Shown here: positions 18,049 to 25,942 of the stretch, piece by piece
Numbering within the stretch: the first letter of the stretch is position 1
Layout: every line of letters begins with the position of its first letter
NCBI GenBank assembly: GCA_036004205.1
Contig: DASYRS010000318.1
Span: forward strand, 1-33,645
Length of the DNA stretch: 33,645 bases
Direction of reading: 5' to 3'
Source: Dongiaceae bacterium
Lineage (GTDB): Bacteria; Pseudomonadota; Alphaproteobacteria; Dongiales; Dongiaceae
Notes under the pieces: generated by a model
What the model was told of the DNA's origin: nothing
The model's database searches: none
The model's input: only the letters and a program-made list of their open reading frames with translations
Translations under genes and position numbers: made by a program

Positions 18049-19474
18049 GACCTCCGTCATCGCCATCGACCAGGGCACCACGGGCAGCAAGGTGCACCGG
18101 TTGCGCGGCGACGGCAGATTCGAGACCATCGCCGGCTTCGAGCATCGCCAGATCTATCCGCGGCCGGGCTGGGTCGAGCACGATCCGGAAGAGCTCGCGA
18201 GCCATGTCGAGGCCGCGCTCGACCGCGCCGGCGACGCCGCCGCCATCGGCATCGCGAACCAGGGCGAGACGGTCATCGCCTGGGACGCCGAGACCAAGCG
18301 GCCGATCCACAACGCCATCGTATGGCAGGACGCGCGCACCGCCGACGTCACCGAGCGGATGAAGGCGGACGGCGCCGAGGAGCTGACGCTCGGCATCGCC
18401 GGCCTGCCGCTCGATCCCTATTTCTCCGCCGCCAAGCTGCGCTGGCTGCTCGACAACGTGCCGGAAGCGAAGACGCTGCGCAGCGCAGGCCGCCTGCGTC
18501 TCGGTACCAGCGATTCCTTCTTCCTCGATCGCCTGACCGGCCGCTTTGCGACCGACGTCACCACCGCGTCGCGCACCAGCCTGATGAATCTCGAAACGTT
18601 GCAGTGGGATCAGCGCCTGGCCGACCTGTTCGGCGTGCCGATCGAATGCTTGCCGGAGATTCGCCCGACCGCCGGCCTGTTCGCCGAGGCGCGCGGCATC
18701 CCGGTGACCGCGAGCCTGGTAGACCAGCAGGCCGCCTTGTTCGGCCACGGCTGCCGGCGCAAGGGCGATGCCAAGATCACCTTCGGTACCGGCGCCTTTG
18801 CGCTGGCGGTCGCGGGCGCGGCCGCGCCGCGCGATGCCGAGAGCGGCCTCGAAGCCACCATCGCGTGGAAGATCGGCGATGCGCCCTCAGCCTACGCGCT
18901 GCAGGGCGGACTCTACAACGCGGCATCCGCGGTGAATTGGGCGCGCAGCCTCGGCCTGTTCGCCGATTACGCTGAGATCGATGATTTCGCCGGCGAATCG
19001 GCGATCGCGCGCGGCCTCGTGTTCGTGCCGGCGCTGAGCGGCCTCTCCTGCCCCTATTGGGACCGGCGCGCCGCCGGCCTGTGGCTCGGCATGGGGCTGG
19101 AGACGACCAGGGCCGACATGATGCAAGCCCTGCTCGAAGGCGTGGCGTTGCTGGCGGAAAAGGTGACGGCGGCGATCGACAAGCTCTCCCCCCTCGCCCC
19201 CGTGCTCTCCATCGATGGCGGCCTCACGCGCAACCGGTATTTCACACGCTTCCTGGCCGATGCCATGAACAAGCGCGTGCGCGTGCCCTCGAGCGCGGAG
19301 CTGACTGGCCTCGGCGCCGCGCAGCTCGCCATGATCGGCGCGGGCCTTGCCGACCTCGACACCTTGCCGCCGGCACCGCCGCCGAAGGCGGAGATCGCGC
19401 CAACCGCGCCGCTGTCCGCCGACCTGCACGCCAACTTCGGCGAAGCGGTGGCGCGCAGCAGGAACTGGCGATAG
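18038..19474 (+). CDS. FGGY-family carbohydrate kinase, glycerol-kinase-like
   Basis: IDQGTTGS, PGWVEHDP, NQGET, WQDART, YFSAAK, TASRT, DQQAALFG, KITFGTG and IDGG. Confidence 0.9.
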   Translation: MPPETSVIAIDQGTTGSKVHRLRGDGRFETIAGFEHRQIYPRPGWVEHDPEELASHVEAALDRAGDAAAIGIANQGETVIAWDAETKRPIHNAIVWQDARTADVTERMKADGAEELTLGIAGLPLDPYFSAAKLRWLLDNVPEAKTLRSAGRLRLGTSDSFFLDRLTGRFATDVTTASRTSLMNLETLQWDQRLADLFGVPIECLPEIRPTAGLFAEARGIPVTASLVDQQAALFGHGCRRKGDAKITFGTGAFALAVAGAAAPRDAESGLEATIAWKIGDAPSAYALQGGLYNAASAVNWARSLGLFADYAEIDDFAGESAIARGLVFVPALSGLSCPYWDRRAAGLWLGMGLETTRADMMQALLEGVALLAEKVTAAIDKLSPLAPVLSIDGGLTRNRYFTRFLADAMNKRVRVPSSAELTGLGAAQLAMIGAGLADLDTLPPAPPPKAEIAPTAPLSADLHANFGEAVARSRNWR

Positions 19475-19541
19475 TTCCGGCTCTTGCCTGCAACCGCAGG
19501 TGATATATTCTGTGCATCGAAATTCGCGGGTAGGGGGCGCG

Positions 19542-20537
19542 ATGATTTCGAGCAATCTGACGAGGACGATCTCGGCCGGCCTGGCGATGCTCTTGCTGTC
19601 CGGCTGCGGTTCACCCGGCTATCGGGAGCCCACTCCTCCCGGACCCCGCACCGGCCAGCTCTACTGCAAGGATCCGGACAACGGCATCATCTACAGCCCG
19701 CAGGCCGGCCAGTGCGACGCCGGCGATGTCGCCAGCAATGCAGAAGCGTTTGAAACCTACCAGGCAGAGGCCGGCAACCAGACCGCGTCGGCGGCGGAGC
19801 CCGCGCCCCCGACACCGGAGCCTGCGGCAGCGGCCGCGCCCCAGCCAGCACCCACACCGCCGCAATCGTCGTCGCCTGCACCGCAGCCAAGCGCGCAGAC
19901 CGCCGCGCAAGACAAGCCGGAACTCGAGCTCCTTGGCATAGGCACGTCCTTTTTCGTCTCCTCCGACGGATATCTGCTGACCAATCATCACGTCATCGAT
20001 GGCTGCGAGCAGATGCTGATCATGACAGCCGATGGCGACTATCCGGCACGCGTTGTCGACAGCAACCAGGAGATCGATCTCGCTATTCTGAAGGTGAAGA
20101 AGTCCGGCATGCCGTTCGCCGCTTTCGCCGCGTGGCTGCCGGAACCGGGCGATACCGCATATGCCGTCGGCTATCCGCTCCTCGGCGAATTGAGAGGGAT
20201 CAAGATTACCGACGGCATCGTATCCGGCCTGACTGGCATCGGTGGCGACGATACGCGGCTGCAGCTAAGCGTGCCGCTGCAGCATGGCAATTCCGGCGGG
20301 CCGGTCTTGGACGAAACCGGCCTCGTGATCGGCGTGGTGAGCGAAAAGATCGTCGCCGAAGACGTCGAGGGCGTATCGTTTGCCATCGTCCCCGAAGTGG
20401 CCGGCGCCTTCCTGGCGCACAATCACGTCAAACCCACGATCCGGCGATCGGACGTCGAGCGCAAGGCACGCGACATCATGCGCGATGCCAGCCGCTACAC
20501 CTGGCCGGCGCTTTGTTTCGCGCGGCCACCCGCCTGA
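19542..20537 (+). CDS. Lipoprotein trypsin-like (S1) serine protease without a PDZ domain
   Basis: Lipobox LLSG-C; Pro/Ala-rich linker; triad motifs TNHHV, DLAIL and GNSGGP. Confidence 0.85.
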   Translation: MISSNLTRTISAGLAMLLLSGCGSPGYREPTPPGPRTGQLYCKDPDNGIIYSPQAGQCDAGDVASNAEAFETYQAEAGNQTASAAEPAPPTPEPAAAAAPQPAPTPPQSSSPAPQPSAQTAAQDKPELELLGIGTSFFVSSDGYLLTNHHVIDGCEQMLIMTADGDYPARVVDSNQEIDLAILKVKKSGMPFAAFAAWLPEPGDTAYAVGYPLLGELRGIKITDGIVSGLTGIGGDDTRLQLSVPLQHGNSGGPVLDETGLVIGVVSEKIVAEDVEGVSFAIVPEVAGAFLAHNHVKPTIRRSDVERKARDIMRDASRYTWPALCFARPPA

Positions 20538-20601
20538 CCGGAAGAAGCCGCGAAATTGCCATGTTCGGCTGCCACGTCTTCCCAGGTCCTTGGGGGAAGA
20601 T

Positions 20602-21183
20602 GTGCGCCGCCTTCTGTTCGCCGTCATTCTTTGTCTGTTCGCCACGCCGCCCGCCGTCGCCGACGCAAAATCCGCGCTGGCTTTGGTCGCCGCCGCACGC
20701 GCACAGGTCGGCGTCACGCTGATCTATGATCCCAGCTATCGCCAGATCGCCTATCCGATGGGCGACGTGCCGCCGGAGCGCGGCGTGTGCAGCGACGTCG
20801 TGATCCGCGCCTTCCGCGCGATCGGGATCGATCTGCAGCAGGAACTGCACCGCGACATGAAGCGGCACTTCGCCGCGTACCCGAAGAGCTGGGGCCTCTC
20901 GGCGCCCGATCCGAACATCGACCATCGCCGCGTGCCGAACCTTGCGACCTGGTTCACACGCCAAGGCTACGCCGTCGCCGTCAGCGGCCATCCCGCCGAC
21001 TACCGCCCGGGCGATATCGTGGCGTGGGCTCTGGGCAGCGGCCAGCCGCATATCGGCATCGTCTCCGACCGCCGCTCCAGCGATGGCGCGCGCCCGCTGG
21101 TCATCCACAATATCGGCTGGGGCGCCAGGGAAGAGGATGCCCTGTTCGAATACCGGATAACCGGGCATTTCCGCGCCTTCTAG
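20602..21183 (+). CDS. DUF1287 (YijF-like) exported protein
   Basis: Signal peptide; YDPSY..IAYPMGDVP.ERGVCSDVVIRA, DPNIDHRRVPNL, PGDIV, PHIGIV and HNIG. GTG start after GGGGGAAG. Confidence 0.85.
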   Translation: MRRLLFAVILCLFATPPAVADAKSALALVAAARAQVGVTLIYDPSYRQIAYPMGDVPPERGVCSDVVIRAFRAIGIDLQQELHRDMKRHFAAYPKSWGLSAPDPNIDHRRVPNLATWFTRQGYAVAVSGHPADYRPGDIVAWALGSGQPHIGIVSDRRSSDGARPLVIHNIGWGAREEDALFEYRITGHFRAF

Positions 21184-21270
21184 GCGGATTTTCAGCCCCT
21201 TCCCTGCCGCCCGGAACTGGCTAGAATGCCGCCACTCCGGCCTTAAGGCTAAACCCAAGGACCTTCAGAA

Positions 21271-22452
21271 ATGACCACCGACGCCGCCGCGCTTCGCGGC
21301 AATTGGAACTACCCGACCTCGGTCAAGTTCGGCTGCGGCCGCATCAAGGAGCTGGCCGATCATTGCAAGGCGCTGGGCATGAAGCGCCCGCTGCTGATCA
21401 CAGATCCCGGTCTCGCAAATCTGCCGATGATCAAGGACGCGATCGCACGCAACAACGCGGCGGGCGTGCCGACCGGCCTTTTCAGTAACGTGCAGGGCAA
21501 CCCCACCGGCAAGAATGTCGAGGACGGCATCGCGGCCTACAAGGCCGGCGGCCATGACGGCGTGATCGCGTTCGGCGGCGGCTCGGCGCTCGATGCGGCC
21601 AAGGCGGTCGCGCTGATGATCGGGCAGAAGCGGCCGATCTGGGATTACGAGGATATCGGCGATTGGTGGACCCGGGTCGATCCCAACGGCATCGCTACCA
21701 TCATCGCGGTGCCGACCACGTCGGGCACTGGCTCGGAAGTCGGCCGCGCCTCAGTCATCACCGACCAGGACAATCACGTGAAGAAGATCATCTTCCATCC
21801 GAAGATGCTGCCCTCCATCGTGATCGACGATCCGGAGCTAACCGTCGGCCTGCCGGCGCACATCACCGCCGCGACCGGCATGGATGCGCTCTCCCATTGC
21901 CTCGAAGCCTATTGCGCGCCGGGCTTCCATCCGCTGGCGGACGGCATCGCGCTTGAAGGCATGCGCCTCATCAAGGACGCGCTGCCGACAGCGGTGAAGG
22001 ACGGCAAGAACCTGGTCGCGCGCTCCAACATGATGGCGGCGGCCAGCATGGGCGCGACGGCGTTCCAGAAGGGCCTCGGCGGCATGCACGCCATCAGCCA
22101 CCCGCTGGGCGCGCTCTACAACACCCACCACGGCCTCACCAACGCGGTCGTGATGCCCTATGTGCTGGACTATAACCGCGCTGCGATCGACGAGAAGCTG
22201 ACGCGCCTCGCCGCCTTCCTGCGCCTGCCGAACCCGTCCTTCAAGGCGGTGCTGGATTGGGTGCTGGCGCTGCGCAAGGAGATCGGCATCCCGCACACGC
22301 TGAAGGAGATCGGCGTCGATGACAAGCAGGTCGACAAGGTGGCCGAGATGGCCGCCGCCGACCCCAGCGCCGGCGGCAACCCGATCCAGGTCGGCGCCAA
22401 GGAACTGCGCGTGATGTTCGTCAACGGCCTCGAAGGCAAGCTGGCGGCGTGA
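21271..22452 (+). CDS. Iron-containing alcohol dehydrogenase
   Basis: GGGSALD, PTTSGTGSE, and metal-ligand motifs DALSH, HAISH and HHG. Confidence 0.94.
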   Translation: MTTDAAALRGNWNYPTSVKFGCGRIKELADHCKALGMKRPLLITDPGLANLPMIKDAIARNNAAGVPTGLFSNVQGNPTGKNVEDGIAAYKAGGHDGVIAFGGGSALDAAKAVALMIGQKRPIWDYEDIGDWWTRVDPNGIATIIAVPTTSGTGSEVGRASVITDQDNHVKKIIFHPKMLPSIVIDDPELTVGLPAHITAATGMDALSHCLEAYCAPGFHPLADGIALEGMRLIKDALPTAVKDGKNLVARSNMMAAASMGATAFQKGLGGMHAISHPLGALYNTHHGLTNAVVMPYVLDYNRAAIDEKLTRLAAFLRLPNPSFKAVLDWVLALRKEIGIPHTLKEIGVDDKQVDKVAEMAAADPSAGGNPIQVGAKELRVMFVNGLEGKLAA

Positions 22453-22474
22453 CGCCCCCACACCCGAAACGTCG

Positions 22475-22503
22475 AAGGGCCGGCAGCGATGCCGGCCCTT
22501 TTT
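22475..22503 (+). terminator. Rho-independent terminator
   Basis: AAGGGCCGGCA-GCGA-TGCCGGCCCTT-TTT. Confidence 0.85.
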
Positions 22504-23033
22504 CATAACCGTCTTGCCTGCTCGAAATAGAAGCGGTTGTCGAACCGCCGCTCCGCGCGCAGATCGAGGCCCCAGATGCTGCGCTCCGCGGCTGTCAGAT
22601 CGCCGAAATAGACATGGATCGCCGCCGAGCGCGCGCTGCCCATATTGACGACGGAATGAATCACGTCGTCCGGCAAGGCGGCGACACAGGGGGCCGCGTG
22701 GTCATGCCGCGCGACCTGCACCAGCGCCTTGCCGTCGCGCCGGTACGAGAAGCTCGTCTCCAACCCCTGATAAAGGCCGATCATCGCCGGCATGCGGTGC
22801 TCATGCGGCGGGTAGTGAATGCGCGGCGACAGTGTGATGTGATAGACGGTCAGCGCCGGAGACGACACCAGCAGCATCTCATCGTCTTCGTGCTCGATCC
22901 ACTTGCCAGGACGCGTGTGCAGCGCTTTCACGGTCGTGTCGAGCAACGTCCGCATCGCGCGCTCGGGCGAAGCACTCGCGAGCGCCTCGTGCGCGGCCGG
23001 AAGAAAAGTCTCGACTGTCGGCTCCAGCGTCAT
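22503..23033 (-). CDS. Cupin, cysteine/thiol dioxygenase-like
   Basis: PPHEH...GLYQGLE and DVIHSV.N...AIHVY give a 3-His cupin pattern. Confidence 0.7.
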   Translation of the reverse strand: MTLEPTVETFLPAAHEALASASPERAMRTLLDTTVKALHTRPGKWIEHEDDEMLLVSSPALTVYHITLSPRIHYPPHEHRMPAMIGLYQGLETSFSYRRDGKALVQVARHDHAAPCVAALPDDVIHSVVNMGSARSAAIHVYFGDLTAAERSIWGLDLRAERRFDNRFYFEQARRL

Positions 23034-23089
23034 GCGCAACGCTATCCGAAATAGGCCAATGCCGGCAATAGGCCGGCTTCACCTTGTCT

Positions 23090-23815
23090 TCAGTATTGGC
23101 CCACGACGATCGGTTCCTCCTGCACGATCTGCTTCAGCCGCTCGCGCCAGGCCGCCAGATGCGCCTCGCGCTGCTCCTCCGTCGCTTGCGCCGGGCCATG
23201 CACGATTTGCGGCCTCAGTACGTCGTAGCCGACGAATTGCAGCATGCCGCGCTGGATCGGCCGCAGGATGCCGTTGATGTCGCCGTTGAACCCGTCCGGC
23301 TGGTACGCCGCCTCGCCGCTGCCGCCGGTGGTCAGCGAGAGCAGCGCGCGCCGGCCGCGATAGAGACCCTTGTCGTAGAATCGGCCACGGCCGTAGACGC
23401 GGTTGAAGGCGAACACCTTGTCCACCCAGCCTTTCAGGATTCCCGGCAGTCCGAACCACCACAGCGGAAATTGCCAGATCATGAGATCGGCGGCCTCCAT
23501 CTTGGCGATCTCCGCCTCCACGTCCGGTGCGAAGCCGTGGCTTTCGGTGGCGAGGTCCTCCTCCGCCTGCTGCTTGAAGTAGTCGGGATTCTTGACGGTC
23601 GCGAAGTTGCGGCGGTCGGAGACCGGATCGAACCCCATGCGATAGAGATCGGAGAATGCAACATCGTGACCAAGGCCTCGCAGTGTCTCCACCGCCACGT
23701 CCGCCATTGCTCCGCTGAAGCTGTGCCGTTCGGGATGGGCCAGAATGACGAAGACCTTGAGCGCCGCGTGGCCTTTGTCGGCAATTGGGGCGTCCTGGCG
23801 GCTGATCGTATCCAT
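23090..23815 (-). CDS. NAD(P)H:quinone oxidoreductase (flavodoxin-2/NQO family)
   Basis: ILAHPERHSF, DLYRMGFDP, QFPLWWFGLPGILKGWVDKVF and LSLTTGG. Confidence 0.92.
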   Translation of the reverse strand: MDTISRQDAPIADKGHAALKVFVILAHPERHSFSGAMADVAVETLRGLGHDVAFSDLYRMGFDPVSDRRNFATVKNPDYFKQQAEEDLATESHGFAPDVEAEIAKMEAADLMIWQFPLWWFGLPGILKGWVDKVFAFNRVYGRGRFYDKGLYRGRRALLSLTTGGSGEAAYQPDGFNGDINGILRPIQRGMLQFVGYDVLRPQIVHGPAQATEEQREAHLAAWRERLKQIVQEEPIVVGQY

Positions 23816-23895
23816 TCCTTGTCATCCTCGTGGGTGGCGTCCTGCTGCCCTATGATGTATGTATCTGCTAACATGAATTAAATTGAAATCGTTTC

Positions 23896-24819
23896 ATGAG
23901 AGATATTAGCGACATCGAACTCCGCCGGCTCGACTTGACGCTTCTGATGGTGCTGGACGGCGCGCTCCGGCACCGCAAGCTCACGACCGTCGCCCAACAG
24001 CTCGGCCTGACGCAGCCGGCGATCAGCCATGCTTTGACCCGGCTGCGCGACATCCTCGGCGATCCCTTGTTCGTGCGCCGCGCCAATGGCGTCCAGCCGA
24101 CGCCGCGGGCGCTCGCCCTGGCACAGCCGGTGGGGCGGGCGCTCGCGACCCTGCGCGAGGCGCTGCAGCAGGGCCGTTGCTTCGACCCGAGCTGCGCCAC
24201 CCGCGAGTTCCGTATTGCGGCCCTGGACTACGCCATCGCCTTGCTGGTGCCAGACTTCCTGGCGCGGTTCAGCAGCATCGCGCCAGGCTGCCGACTGGCC
24301 TTCCGCTCCATGGGCTACGAGGCGGGGCGCGAGGCGCTGGCCAACGGAGCCATCGATCTCATCCTCGGCATTCCGGCGCCCAGCGGGCCGTTCCTGCAGC
24401 GCACGCTGCTGGCGGAGGATTTCGTGGTGCTGGCGCGCCCTCACCATCCGACTATCGGACGCAAGCTGGACCTCGCGCGCTATCTAAAGTGCGGACATCT
24501 GTTGGTCTCGGCCGCGGGCGACGCGCGCGGAACGGTCGACTTCGCCCTGGCAAAGATCGGCAAGGAGCGCCGCGTCGTCGCCGCGGTGCCGCAATTCCTC
24601 GCCGGCTTTGCGGCTGTTGCAGGCTCCGACATGATCACGACCGCGCCACGCCGGCTCGCCAAACGTCACGCCGCCGCCTTTGGCCTCAAGCAGTTCGAGG
24701 TGCCATTCCCACTGCCTGGTTTTGAGGTCGCGACGTTGCGTCACGAGAACACGGCACAGGATGCCGGCCTCAACTGGCTGGAAGGCGAGCTGGCGCAGGC
24801 GCTGGCGAAGCTTCGCTAG
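23896..24819 (+). CDS. LysR-family transcriptional regulator
   Basis: LDLTLL...VAQQLGLTQPAISHALTRLRDILGDPLFVR; divergent from the quinone reductase across an AT-rich spacer. Confidence 0.95.
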   Translation: MRDISDIELRRLDLTLLMVLDGALRHRKLTTVAQQLGLTQPAISHALTRLRDILGDPLFVRRANGVQPTPRALALAQPVGRALATLREALQQGRCFDPSCATREFRIAALDYAIALLVPDFLARFSSIAPGCRLAFRSMGYEAGREALANGAIDLILGIPAPSGPFLQRTLLAEDFVVLARPHHPTIGRKLDLARYLKCGHLLVSAAGDARGTVDFALAKIGKERRVVAAVPQFLAGFAAVAGSDMITTAPRRLAKRHAAAFGLKQFEVPFPLPGFEVATLRHENTAQDAGLNWLEGELAQALAKLR

Positions 24820-25574
24820 AACCAGTATTTGCCGGCATAGATCGCCGTTGCCGCCGCGCCGAACGTGATGATGCCGATGCGCACGCCACGCGGCGGCAGC
24901 ACGCGGATGAGATAACCGCCGGCATAGCCGCCGCCGATCGAGCCGGCCATCAGCACCACCATCGCCGGCCATACCACCGCGCCCTGCCAGACATAGACCC
25001 AGACCGACGAGAGGCTGACCCCGGTGATGAGGATGTTCTTGAGCACGTTGGTGCTCCTGAGGTCGGTCAAGCCGCCGATCGAGAGGATGGCAAGGTTGAT
25101 GACGCCGAGCGCCGCGCCGAAATAGCCGCCATAGATCGAGGAGAGGAAGATCGGGAACGCCACGCGCGCCATGTGCAGGCCACCGTCGCCGCCGCTGGGC
25201 AAATGCCGCTGAACCCATGGCCCCATCGCGAACAGCAGGGTAGCCCCGCCGATCAAGGCCGGCACCAGCAGGATCAAGAGATCGGCCGGCGTCTCCAGCA
25301 TCAGGAACGCGCCGATCGCGCCGCCGATCACGTTGATCGCGAACAGCCAGCTCAAGGAGCGGCCCCAGCTTGGCCGGCGCCGCCAATCCGCCACCGCGGC
25401 CATGAAATTGCTGAGCGACAGGCCGACCGCGTTGGTGGCGTTGGCCGCGACCGGCGGCAAGCCCATCGCGAGCAGCGTCGGAAAGGTGATGAGCGAGGCG
25501 CCACCCGCAATCGCCGCCGCGACCCCGCCGCCGAACCCCGCGGCGAACAGCAAGGCTGCGTGTGCGATCTCCAT
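24816..25574 (-). CDS. Sulfite exporter TauE/SafE family protein
   Basis: AIAGGASLITFP.LLAMGLPPVAANATN, YGGYFGAALG and NVLKN. Confidence 0.88.
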   Translation of the reverse strand: MEIAHAALLFAAGFGGGVAAAIAGGASLITFPTLLAMGLPPVAANATNAVGLSLSNFMAAVADWRRRPSWGRSLSWLFAINVIGGAIGAFLMLETPADLLILLVPALIGGATLLFAMGPWVQRHLPSGGDGGLHMARVAFPIFLSSIYGGYFGAALGVINLAILSIGGLTDLRSTNVLKNILITGVSLSSVWVYVWQGAVVWPAMVVLMAGSIGGGYAGGYLIRVLPPRGVRIGIITFGAAATAIYAGKYWF

Positions 25575-25642
25575 CTGGCCGCGCTCCCGGAAAAGTCCCG
25601 CCGGACAGCGGGACTCGAAACGACTTCCGGGAGACTACAGAG

Positions 25643-25882
25643 CTATCGCTCCGCGACCAAGCTGCAAGAGTTCGCGCGGGTGCAGTAGAACAGCGCACCT
25701 GTCTGCGTATTCAGTTTCCACACCGCCGGGCCGGGGCCGGCGGAGATATGCCATCTGCCGGGCCCGCCATCGTCCATCATCGTCGCATGCAAATCCGCGG
25801 CAACGACGCCGGCGGCAATGGTGCTCAACAGAAATAGGGTTCCAAGAAATATAGCCGTGGCTTTCGGCAAGACCGCCTCCAT
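25643..25882 (-). CDS. Small exported hypothetical protein (79 aa)
   Basis: RBS GAGGG 7 nt before the ATG, hydrophobic signal-like N-terminus, WKLNTQTGALFYC...C; fills the gap between two genes. Confidence 0.6.
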   Translation of the reverse strand: MEAVLPKATAIFLGTLFLLSTIAAGVVAADLHATMMDDGGPGRWHISAGPGPAVWKLNTQTGALFYCTRANSCSLVAER

Positions 25883-25942
25883 CGATTACCCTCGGCTATA
25901 TGAATGGATCGGTGGGCTGCCGCAGTGAAGCTCTTCACACCG

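Noticed and set aside
18038-19474. Calling this gene glpK
   Set aside because: The glycerol-binding NQRE motif is NQGE, so the substrate is uncertain.
19790-19910. Tandem repeat or CRISPR-like array
   Set aside because: It is the Pro/Ala-rich coding linker of the protease; there are no regular repeats or spacers.
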